A stretch of 64,000 nt of DNA from positions 160,001 through 224,000 of the forward strand of contig OY970332.1 in NCBI GenBank assembly GCA_963717435.1, read 5' to 3'. The position numbers were made by a program, and so were the translations under genes. This document shows positions 37,779 through 45,497 of this stretch, piece after piece; the stretch's first letter is position 1, and each line of letters starts with the position of its first letter. Source of the stretch: an uncultured bacterium (GTDB taxonomy: Bacteria > Babelota > Babeliae > Babelales > Babelaceae). The notes beneath the pieces are model-generated. The model had not been told where the DNA came from. It saw only the letters and a list, made by a program, of their open reading frames with translations, and did not search any database.

Positions 37779-39316
37779 ATTTAAAAAAGTTTGTTTTTTT
37801 TAGTTATTTTATTTTTATCGCATCTTTTGCACCAACAAACTTGCATAGCATAACCGAGACTAAGAAATCGCACTTAGACAGCAACTGGTATCCTGATCAA
37901 AAAAAATTATTACAACAAAAAATTGCAGAGTTAAAGAAAAGATCTCAAGAGCTCTATAAAGCATCTCTAGATTCCAAATTAATCAGAGCAATAGTTGTGC
38001 CCCATGCCGGATACAATTATTCTGGCACAGTTGCAACAGCTATCTATAGTCTGCTTGATAAAAATAATATCAATAAAATAGTTATATTGGCGCCTGCACA
38101 TTCAGTATCGTTTGAAGGTGCAGTTTTACCTGAATTTGAAACATATAAAACGCCACTCGGGGAGATTAAAGTTAATACTTTAGATGTAAATAAACTGTCA
38201 AAAAACAACTTATTTAGTTACTCTAATACTCAGTTTGAGAGCGAACATTCTTTAGAAATACAGTTACCCCTGATCCAATATTTTTTAAAACAAACTGTTA
38301 CAATAGTGCCACTAATAATCGGGCAAATAAGCTGTGCGCAGGCTGAAAAAATTGCTGAATCTTTAAAACAAATAATAAACAATAAAACTTTGGTTATCGT
38401 GTCTTCAGATTTTACCCATTTTGGGAAGAATTTCGATTTTGAACCCTTTGATAAAAGTATTAGTGATAATATAAGACAACTTGATTCCCAAGCAATAGAA
38501 CATATTCAAAGCAAGAATTGCCCCAAATTTGAGAAATTTATTCAAGAAACAAAGTTAACCGTGTGTGGCTACTACCCACTAAAAATTCTGCTTTCACTAT
38601 TAAACAACAATATTCTTGGAGACACGCAACCAAGACTAATAGCATACGACACGTCTTTAAATCAGGATCCAGGCGCTAGCAGTTCTGTAAGCTACGTGGG
38701 GCTACTATTTACCCAAGAAAAAATCGAAAATTTAAATATAAACAAGCAGTTAACGCAAGAAGAAAAAAGACAGCTCATAACAGAAGCTCAAAAAAGTTTG
38801 AATAATATTTTTTCAAAAAATATTTCTGGACAGTCTAACGATGCACTTTTATATCCAATAAAATCTTTTGGAATTTCAAGGCCACTTGGAGCTTTTACAA
38901 CGCTAGAGATTAAAACAAAAAATGGCAAAGAGTTGCGTGGGTGCATAGGCAGAATAACAACCACAGAGCCTCTATATAAAACAGTACAAGAAGTTACTCG
39001 TGACGCTGCGCTAAAAGACCAAAGATTTTCGCCCGTTAAAAATACAGAATTACCATTAATATCTTTAAAATTGTCTATTCTTTCTGAGCCAAAATCTATA
39101 AAAAGCTATAAAGACATAATTCTTGGGAAAGATGGTGTTATCTTAAAATACAATAGTTTATCTGCTGTATTTTTGCCTGAAGTTGCCATAGAGTTCAATT
39201 GGACGATCGAAAAAATGCTTGAAGAGTTGAGCACAAAAGCTGGTTTAGATAAAGACGCATGGAAGAACAAAGAGGCAAAATTCGAGGTCTTTGAAACCGT
39301 GACCATAGAACAATAA
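37775..39316 (+). CDS. AmmeMemoRadiSam protein B (MEMO) - protein A (AMMECR1) fusion with signal-like N-terminus
   Basis: PHAGYNYSG, EHSLEIQLP, SSDFTH, TVCG; then GAFTTL...LRGCIG, AALKDQRF, VFLPEV. Confidence 0.9.
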   Translation: MNLKKFVFFSYFIFIASFAPTNLHSITETKKSHLDSNWYPDQKKLLQQKIAELKKRSQELYKASLDSKLIRAIVVPHAGYNYSGTVATAIYSLLDKNNINKIVILAPAHSVSFEGAVLPEFETYKTPLGEIKVNTLDVNKLSKNNLFSYSNTQFESEHSLEIQLPLIQYFLKQTVTIVPLIIGQISCAQAEKIAESLKQIINNKTLVIVSSDFTHFGKNFDFEPFDKSISDNIRQLDSQAIEHIQSKNCPKFEKFIQETKLTVCGYYPLKILLSLLNNNILGDTQPRLIAYDTSLNQDPGASSSVSYVGLLFTQEKIENLNINKQLTQEEKRQLITEAQKSLNNIFSKNISGQSNDALLYPIKSFGISRPLGAFTTLEIKTKNGKELRGCIGRITTTEPLYKTVQEVTRDAALKDQRFSPVKNTELPLISLKLSILSEPKSIKSYKDIILGKDGVILKYNSLSAVFLPEVAIEFNWTIEKMLEELSTKAGLDKDAWKNKEAKFEVFETVTIEQ

Positions 39317-39408
39317 GCTTAAAAAAATATTTTAAAGCATTGCATTAAAAACAATAATCAACTTAATATCTTAAATAGTTTTAAACCATTTAAAAAAAAG
39401 GGTATTTT

Positions 39409-39756
39409 ATGGCTATAAAATTAAATAAGACAGCTTTTAATAACGCACTTAAATTAATTCAAGCTGGTGAAGTAGAAAAGTTTGATTCTAATTGGAACGA
39501 GGAAAAACCGGACGCAAACGAAATAGCAAATTTTCTCAACACCCACTCTATGGAAGAATACGGCCTATGGTTTCTTGGCAAGAACGACCAGTTTAAAGAA
39601 AACACCAAAGAGCACTATGTTTATCCATATGGCGACCTAAAAGAGGTCCAAAAAAGCGCCCTTATAGACACGCAAAAACAGGCTCAGAAAAACGGCGACC
39701 ATGAAGTTCTGAACGCAATAAGACAGTTACTGGATATGATCAACAAGAGTAAGTAA
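39409..39756 (+). CDS. Hypothetical protein
   Basis: Clean ORF with 'YGLWFLG...YVYPYGD' conserved-looking motifs. Confidence 0.7.
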   Translation: MAIKLNKTAFNNALKLIQAGEVEKFDSNWNEEKPDANEIANFLNTHSMEEYGLWFLGKNDQFKENTKEHYVYPYGDLKEVQKSALIDTQKQAQKNGDHEVLNAIRQLLDMINKSK

Positions 39757-39942
39757 AGATTTTAGGGCAAAGTTTTAAAAGCTTTGCCCATATCTCTCTC
39801 AAACTCCCAAACCCATAAAAAATACAAAAAACAGCTATTTTGGTGCTTTTATGATCATAAAAGCTAACTAAATTTTGTATTTAGGCCAATTTTTGGGTAT
39901 AATACTCTTACATTTCTAAATATCTTTGAACTAAATTTCGTG

Positions 39943-40063
39943 CCCCAGGCTTCTCTAAAGATACGCCGGGCGCAGCCGTAGCTTCCAGCCTACGCATAAA
40001 GCTTCCCGCTTCGCTGAAGCTTCGCAGGACACGTCGGCGGACATGCAGCTGGATAGAGTAAGG
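39943..40063. repeat. Cluster of nested short palindromes upstream of the tRNA
   Basis: ccaggc ttc tct aa aga tac gccggg; gcc tac gcataaagc t[tcccgc ttc gct ga agc ttc gcagga]...tcggcgg. Confidence 0.65.
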
Positions 40064-40092
40064 CGTTTGATATATACTTAATACAAATTTAA

Positions 40093-40169
40093 GTGCCCGT
40101 AGCTCAGCTGGATAGAGCAACGGATTTCTAATCCGTAGGTCATAGGTTCGAATCCTATCGGGCACACCA
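40093..40169 (+). tRNA. tRNA-Arg (anticodon TCT)
   Basis: Acceptor stem gtgcccg/cgggcac, D-arm, anticodon stem acgga-tTCTaa-tccgt, GGTTCGAATCC T-loop, encoded CCA. Confidence 0.97.
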
Positions 40170-40266
40170 GTCATTTCCTTCAGAAATGACTGGCGGGCCA
40201 GTCTTCTTCAAAGAAATAAATCAATTATTTAACCACCAACCTAAAATTATCTAACCTTAACTTTTC

Positions 40267-40407
40267 ATGTTTTACGTATATTACCTTCGATCAATACTTT
40301 TTCCCGCTAAAACATATATTGGCTTCACTTCTAACTTAAAGCAAAGACTAGAGGAACATAATTCTGGAAAATCTGTATATACAAAAGAATTTAAACACTG
40401 GAAGTAG
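40267..40407 (+). pseudogene. Truncated small GIY-YIG nuclease (46 aa)
   Basis: MFYVYYLRS...KTYIGFTSNLKQRLEEHNSG...TK...W then TAG; C-terminal catalytic-Glu helix absent. Confidence 0.8.
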
Positions 40408-40476
40408 GTACAGTTTTATTTCATAATCTGCTAAAATATAATCATACAAAATGAAAACTTATCTTTTAGGGACGAA

Positions 40477-41319
40477 ATGAACATAGAGTCAACAAAAATA
40501 TCTATTTTCCACGAGAAACAGATTCGAAAAATACTTCTTAATAACGAATGGTATTTTTCGGTAATTGATGTGTGCGCAGTCTTAGTAGAAAGCACAGACT
40601 CCGGCGCATACTGGAGAAAGCTAAAACAACGATTGGTGGCTGAAGGAAGTGAAGTCGTGACATTTTGTCACGGGTTGAAATTAACAGCACCAGATGGCAA
40701 AAAGCGTGAGACCGACTGCGCAAATACCGAAGGCATATTTCGAATTATTCAAGCTATACCGTCCCCCAAGGCAGAGCCGTTCAAACTTTGGTTGGCTAAG
40801 ATAGGTAAAGAACGCATAGAGGAAATAGAAAATCCTGAATTGGCTATGAACAGAGCTAAAAGTCTCTATGAAAAAAAAGGTTATGAAAAAGGTTGGATCG
40901 ATAAAAGAATGAGAGGCATATCGGTAAGACAAAGTTTAACTGACGAATGGGCCGAAAGAGATATTAATCGGTCTATCGATTATGCAATTTTAACTAATGA
41001 CATTATGCAGGGTGCTTTCGATTTAAAAGTTCAAGAATACAAAGACATTAAAGGTCTTGAGAGAGAGAACTTACGCGATCACATGACGGATCTTGAACTT
41101 ATCATCACGATGCTCGCAGAAGCGACAACGAACCAAATTACGCAACAAAAAGATTCAAAAGGCTTGGATAAACTAAGAGTTGATGCCAAACTTGGCGGAG
41201 CGGTTGCTGGAAGAACTCGTAAAGATATAGAGTCTCAAACTGGCAAAAAAGTTATTTCAGAAGAAAATTTTTTGCCCAACAATAAAGTTAAAAAAATAAA
41301 AAATTATGAACAGAATTAA
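40477..41319 (+). CDS. BRO-N domain protein (phage antirepressor-like)
   Basis: WYFSVIDV, YWRKLKQRL, DGKKRETD, IPSPKAEPFKLWLA, NLRDHMTDLEL. Confidence 0.9.
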   Translation: MNIESTKISIFHEKQIRKILLNNEWYFSVIDVCAVLVESTDSGAYWRKLKQRLVAEGSEVVTFCHGLKLTAPDGKKRETDCANTEGIFRIIQAIPSPKAEPFKLWLAKIGKERIEEIENPELAMNRAKSLYEKKGYEKGWIDKRMRGISVRQSLTDEWAERDINRSIDYAILTNDIMQGAFDLKVQEYKDIKGLERENLRDHMTDLELIITMLAEATTNQITQQKDSKGLDKLRVDAKLGGAVAGRTRKDIESQTGKKVISEENFLPNNKVKKIKNYEQN

Positions 41320-42205
41320 AAAACATCTTTTATTATCAATATTTTTTATTCCGCAAATTATCCTAGCAATGGACCAGAGCATGGCTCCAATGGATTTTGA
41401 TCCACGTCCTTATAAATTAGAAGCAATTAACCTACAACGTTATATATATCAACCTAAGGACGTAGATAAGAAATTCTTAAGTTTGGCTACAGATTGTGCT
41501 CCGCAAGAAATTTTAAAGATAGCTCAGGATAAAAAACAATCACAGGAAAATAGCGATTCAATTGTTAACTGTATGCTTCTTACAGGAGATACTGGTATTG
41601 GCAAATCGCTTCTTGCCAAAGCAGTTGCATTTGAAACAGGTTACGTCTTTTTGCATATTCTTCTTGGGGATATATTAAGATCTCATAGAAATGAAACTGG
41701 GTTATTGTTATATAAGATAGTAGAAAAGGCGCAAGAACAATTTGAAAAAGTTGTGATTGTTGTAGATGATATAGATATTCTTTTACGTGCCTATAATAAC
41801 AAGCATCATGATTCTGACTTTACAACCCATGTTTTATGTAAAATCTTGGAAAAAAATTCTAATAACTCAAATTTTTTATTTATAGGAACAGCATTTAATC
41901 CTGAGTTAATTTCACCTCAAATGATGCAAAAATTTGGTAAAAATATTTTTAATCTATCTGTTCCAAATGATTTAAATCGCAAGAAAATTCTTGAAAGTTA
42001 TTTAAATGGTATGGGGAAAGAGGTGGATATTAGGGTTTATCGAAACATAGATTTCCTGGTTTCTAAAACTCAAGGCTTTACTCCTAGATACTTGCAACAT
42101 CTTATTATATTAGCACGGCAGAATTCATGGAAAAGAGAAAAAGTAGATATGTATTGCTTTTATATGGCAGGTAAAAAAATGCAAGAACTTAAATCAGAAG
42201 AATAA
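41306..42205 (+). CDS. Secreted AAA ATPase-like protein with degenerate motifs
   Basis: Signal peptide; Walker A GDTGIGKS; Walker B VVVDD; no obvious Arg finger. Confidence 0.75.
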   Translation: MNRIKKHLLLSIFFIPQIILAMDQSMAPMDFDPRPYKLEAINLQRYIYQPKDVDKKFLSLATDCAPQEILKIAQDKKQSQENSDSIVNCMLLTGDTGIGKSLLAKAVAFETGYVFLHILLGDILRSHRNETGLLLYKIVEKAQEQFEKVVIVVDDIDILLRAYNNKHHDSDFTTHVLCKILEKNSNNSNFLFIGTAFNPELISPQMMQKFGKNIFNLSVPNDLNRKKILESYLNGMGKEVDIRVYRNIDFLVSKTQGFTPRYLQHLIILARQNSWKREKVDMYCFYMAGKKMQELKSEE

Positions 42206-42379
42206 AAGTTTGAACGTTTTTATTCTTGCCAATAAAAAGTATCCCCTCTATTTTCTGCATCTAAATAAAAATTGTTAGCTAATTTTCTCATGCAAAAAAG
42301 TTGCTGAAATAGTGTGGTAGAGTACACTTCTTATAGAAGACTTTTATATTTTTTTCCTAGATAATATTGTTACAAACAT

Positions 42380-42754
42380 ATGATACCCAAAATTATTCCT
42401 AGAATTTTTAACGGCCCTTGGCAATTAATACTTTCTGAAACATTACCCTGCATCCCATCTCAAGGTCTGGAGATCCATGTCCCAATCAACAACGAAAAAA
42501 ATGCTATCTTCAAATTTGTATTCGAAACCCTAGATAATTCAATTTTAAAAAACGCTAGCGTTAATCAAGCAGATAATACATTAATTTTTACACTTACAAA
42601 TTTTTTGAATTCTTTAAGCTCGTCACTTTCTGATCCATTTAAGTTCACTATTGGAGAAGACCATTTCTTTCTCCAATTATACGGCACGTCGACCGGGTAC
42701 GATGTTCTCTGCCTGACCATTGCAATTTTTAGGGAGAGAAAGGAAAGACTATAA
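42380..42754 (+). CDS. Hypothetical beta-rich protein
   Basis: ORF coupled (TAATG) to the next gene. Confidence 0.65.
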   Translation: MIPKIIPRIFNGPWQLILSETLPCIPSQGLEIHVPINNEKNAIFKFVFETLDNSILKNASVNQADNTLIFTLTNFLNSLSSSLSDPFKFTIGEDHFFLQLYGTSTGYDVLCLTIAIFRERKERL

Positions 42755-43074
42755 TGACTAAACGAGCCCTGAAGAGTTCTTATTCAAAATACAACGATAA
42801 TGTTATGAATCCATTAAAATGGACTACTATCGCTTTCGAAGCCTTCTTTTCTGCTACCCTATGGGTAACCAACCAGTTTTGGATTCAGATCGTATGTTTT
42901 TTATTCATGGCCACTATATTGTCAGTCTATTTTGGTATTTATATATTCTGGGCGTTGAGGGATCCAAGTAGACTACAATCAGAAGGATTTAACTTGGAAG
43001 AGGCTGCAATGATAAGCAGTAACGACAAAAGCACTGAGATAAAATTGGAAAATAATAAATCAGATATAAAGTGA
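42754..43074 (+). CDS. Two-TM membrane protein
   Basis: Two helices followed by 'DPSRLQSE'. Confidence 0.65.
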   Translation: MTKRALKSSYSKYNDNVMNPLKWTTIAFEAFFSATLWVTNQFWIQIVCFLFMATILSVYFGIYIFWALRDPSRLQSEGFNLEEAAMISSNDKSTEIKLENNKSDIK

Positions 43075-43086
43075 TACATAACTTAT

Positions 43087-43117
43087 GTCATAGATTCGAA
43101 TTCTACCATACCTGCCA
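43087..43117 (+). other. Degenerate tRNA 3'-half copy (att-like scar)
   Basis: gtcatagattcgaattctaccatacctgcca vs tRNA 40139-40169 gtcataggttcgaatcctatcgggcacacca; 22/31 identical, ends in CCA. Confidence 0.55.
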
Positions 43118-43232
43118 AATCTACCCAATCCCTCTTTCATAAAATTGTATTTACACTAGCCTCGTCATCATTTATAATTTCAATGTCTTTTTTAGTTTTT
43201 TAAAAACCATCAATATTATACTGGAGCCGAAC

Positions 43233-43769
43233 ATGGAATATGCTTATTTATTTTTTCTGTCGATATTAACAGGATCAATTTATTCTATGAAGCAAGATGG
43301 ACCTACAAGAATAAGAGAGATAACTGGATTTGAAATGGATCGTGAACTAATAACAGTTGATAGAGTAATTGTAAAAATTAATTATTTTGTTGAAAATAAT
43401 AATTATGATGAGGCTCAAAGATGGTTTTCTAGATTGGAACTATTGGCTTCAGCAGATTGGAAATGTTTTGATATTGACCAAATAGAAAAATATCAAGAAA
43501 TTTATTCAGAGCTTTATGATAAAGTAAATAGTATAAAGCCTAAAAATGGTCCTAAGCTGAGTGTATTTAAGCGCTTGGATCAAGAGGGTAAACTGCAACA
43601 AATAGAAAATGATTGGCTAATAGCAAAGCTAACAAACAACCAATGTGCTATTGATTGGACAGAATTGCTGGGTAAGAGCAAAAACACAGTGCCGTCTCCC
43701 AAAACATTAAGAAAAAATCGCATTGAAAGTCTTGTTGGAACTGGGCAAATAAAAGAGATGGATAAATAA
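43233..43769 (+). CDS. Hypothetical exported protein
   Basis: GGAG RBS, signal peptide. Confidence 0.65.
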   Translation: MEYAYLFFLSILTGSIYSMKQDGPTRIREITGFEMDRELITVDRVIVKINYFVENNNYDEAQRWFSRLELLASADWKCFDIDQIEKYQEIYSELYDKVNSIKPKNGPKLSVFKRLDQEGKLQQIENDWLIAKLTNNQCAIDWTELLGKSKNTVPSPKTLRKNRIESLVGTGQIKEMDK

Positions 43770-43856
43770 TTCTAAAATACTAATCATTTTGTTATTGTAA
43801 ACTAAACTGCCATACCAACTTTAATGTTAGTACGGCAGTTTATGTAACGTTTCAAT

Positions 43857-44174
43857 TTATTTTGTCTCTAGATAATCAGGCGATGCGTAATTGTCACGCG
43901 GCTCAATAGTATATTTAGTAGTATCATATTTAGTAGTTGAAGTAGTAATTACAATATCTTTTGAACATTTTTTACACGTTACAACATATTGTAAATCTGG
44001 ATAAATATTAGCTTTCATTTTATGGTTGCAATTAGGACAGCTTATATCCACGCATGAGACTTTTTCAGCTTGTTTTTGTTCTTGCTTTTCTTCTTTCTTA
44101 TCTTTCTTTACCGCAGATACAAAAGATGGCATAACAGCAAGTGTTGCTATTAATATTAGTATAGTTTTTTTCAC
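43857..44174 (-). CDS. Small secreted Zn-ribbon protein 1
   Basis: Signal, Lys/Glu linker, CPNC...CKKC. Confidence 0.75.
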   Translation of the reverse strand: MKKTILILIATLAVMPSFVSAVKKDKKEEKQEQKQAEKVSCVDISCPNCNHKMKANIYPDLQYVVTCKKCSKDIVITTSTTKYDTTKYTIEPRDNYASPDYLETK

Positions 44175-44221
44175 AATATTTCTTTCAAAACATGTTGTTA
44201 TTTAATCTGTTGTTTCTAAAC

Positions 44222-44536
44222 TTAAGTTACAGTTACTTCACCATCAAAAGAGATGCTAATGTAAAAATAACGCTTGCAGCCTTTGCATTTTAGAGAACCA
44301 GAATGAGTAATTCCAGGCGCAGATAATGTCTCATTTGGTAAATCATATGAAAAAGTATTTTTGCAACGCGGACATTGAATTGGGAACGCACTATAGTTTA
44401 CAGATTGTCCAGAAGACTCGTAAGTCTCGCTTTCTCTTTCCTTTGACTCTTTCTTAGAATTGCCCCGTTTTCCAGCAATTAAAAGTAAAGGCATGAAAAC
44501 AAGTGATGCGATTAGTAGTCTGTTTGTTTTTTTCAT
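44222..44536 (-). CDS. Small secreted Zn-ribbon protein 2
   Basis: Signal, basic linker, CPRC...CKGC. Confidence 0.75.
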   Translation of the reverse strand: MKKTNRLLIASLVFMPLLLIAGKRGNSKKESKERESETYESSGQSVNYSAFPIQCPRCKNTFSYDLPNETLSAPGITHSGSLKCKGCKRYFYISISFDGEVTVT

Positions 44537-44559
44537 AAATGTTATCACGTGTAATTTTA

Positions 44560-44859
44560 TTACGGAACTGCGACAATTCTAGGATTACCTAGCCCAACAA
44601 ATCTAGTATCCAAGATATATTTTCTTTCACAAGCCTCACATTTATGTGTGGTCAATCCTTGAACAGTAGGACATGGTATTATACGCTCAGTAGAGCAGTG
44701 TGGGCATATCATTGTGTAAGTAACAGCCACCGATGGTTGATACTCTCTTGTCTGTTCAATTTCTTCACGTTTATTATCTTTATTTTTGCCTTTTCCTGCA
44801 TTAACTAATGTTGGAGCCGCAAAAAGCATTGATAAAAGCAATATTGATATTTTTTTCAT
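44560..44859 (-). CDS. Small secreted Zn-ribbon protein 3
   Basis: Signal, basic linker, CPHC...CEAC. Confidence 0.75.
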   Translation of the reverse strand: MKKISILLLSMLFAAPTLVNAGKGKNKDNKREEIEQTREYQPSVAVTYTMICPHCSTERIIPCPTVQGLTTHKCEACERKYILDTRFVGLGNPRIVAVP

Positions 44860-44894
44860 ATTTTTAGCTTTCTTAGGTTTTATTTTAGTATAAC

Positions 44895-45344
44895 TTATTT
44901 CTTTTCTTTTTTTTCTTTCTTGCTCTTCTTATTCTTCTTCTCTTTTTTTGATTCTTTAGAGTCGTCTTCCGTATTTCCGCCCTGTCTTTCTATGCTTATT
45001 ATTCTGGCATCACTAGTACTACCAACCGGAGGAATCGAGCGGCGACATTTTCTACATGGGAATGCGCATGGAGTTGGGTTTGAATCTTTGCATTCATATA
45101 TAACGGTATTAATAAAACCACAATTATCGCATTTGATTTGTGCATGACATATTTGATCCATAGGCACAATTAAATTGAATTTTTTCCATTCATCTAATCT
45201 AGGATCAAACCAATCAATTGATCTTTCTGCCCAATACGCTCTTCCACCAGCTTCATCCATTGCCATAAGAGATATTGAAACAAGATTAAAAACCATCAAT
45301 AATATTAAAAATGTTAAATTTTCTTTTATTGACAACTTTGCCAT
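44895..45344 (-). CDS. Small secreted Zn-ribbon protein 4
   Basis: Signal, CDNC...CRKC, poly-Lys tail. Confidence 0.75.
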   Translation of the reverse strand: MAKLSIKENLTFLILLMVFNLVSISLMAMDEAGGRAYWAERSIDWFDPRLDEWKKFNLIVPMDQICHAQIKCDNCGFINTVIYECKDSNPTPCAFPCRKCRRSIPPVGSTSDARIISIERQGGNTEDDSKESKKEKKNKKSKKEKKEKK

Positions 45345-45497
45345 ATATTAATTCCTGATGTGAATTTTTTGTAGAAAAATGCTGTATATAATATATATTA
45401 TATTCTGAAATAATTTAATTCTATTTAAAGATAAGTCAATAATATTTAATAAATTTTTAATAATCATAATTCAAGATTAAAAGCTAAGTTTTATCGC

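Noticed and set aside
39908-40174. 88-aa minus-strand ORF
   Set aside because: It is the antisense of tRNA-Arg and the palindrome cluster.
40477-41319. Prophage
   Set aside because: Only a BRO-N gene; no integrase, terminase, capsid or tail module nearby.
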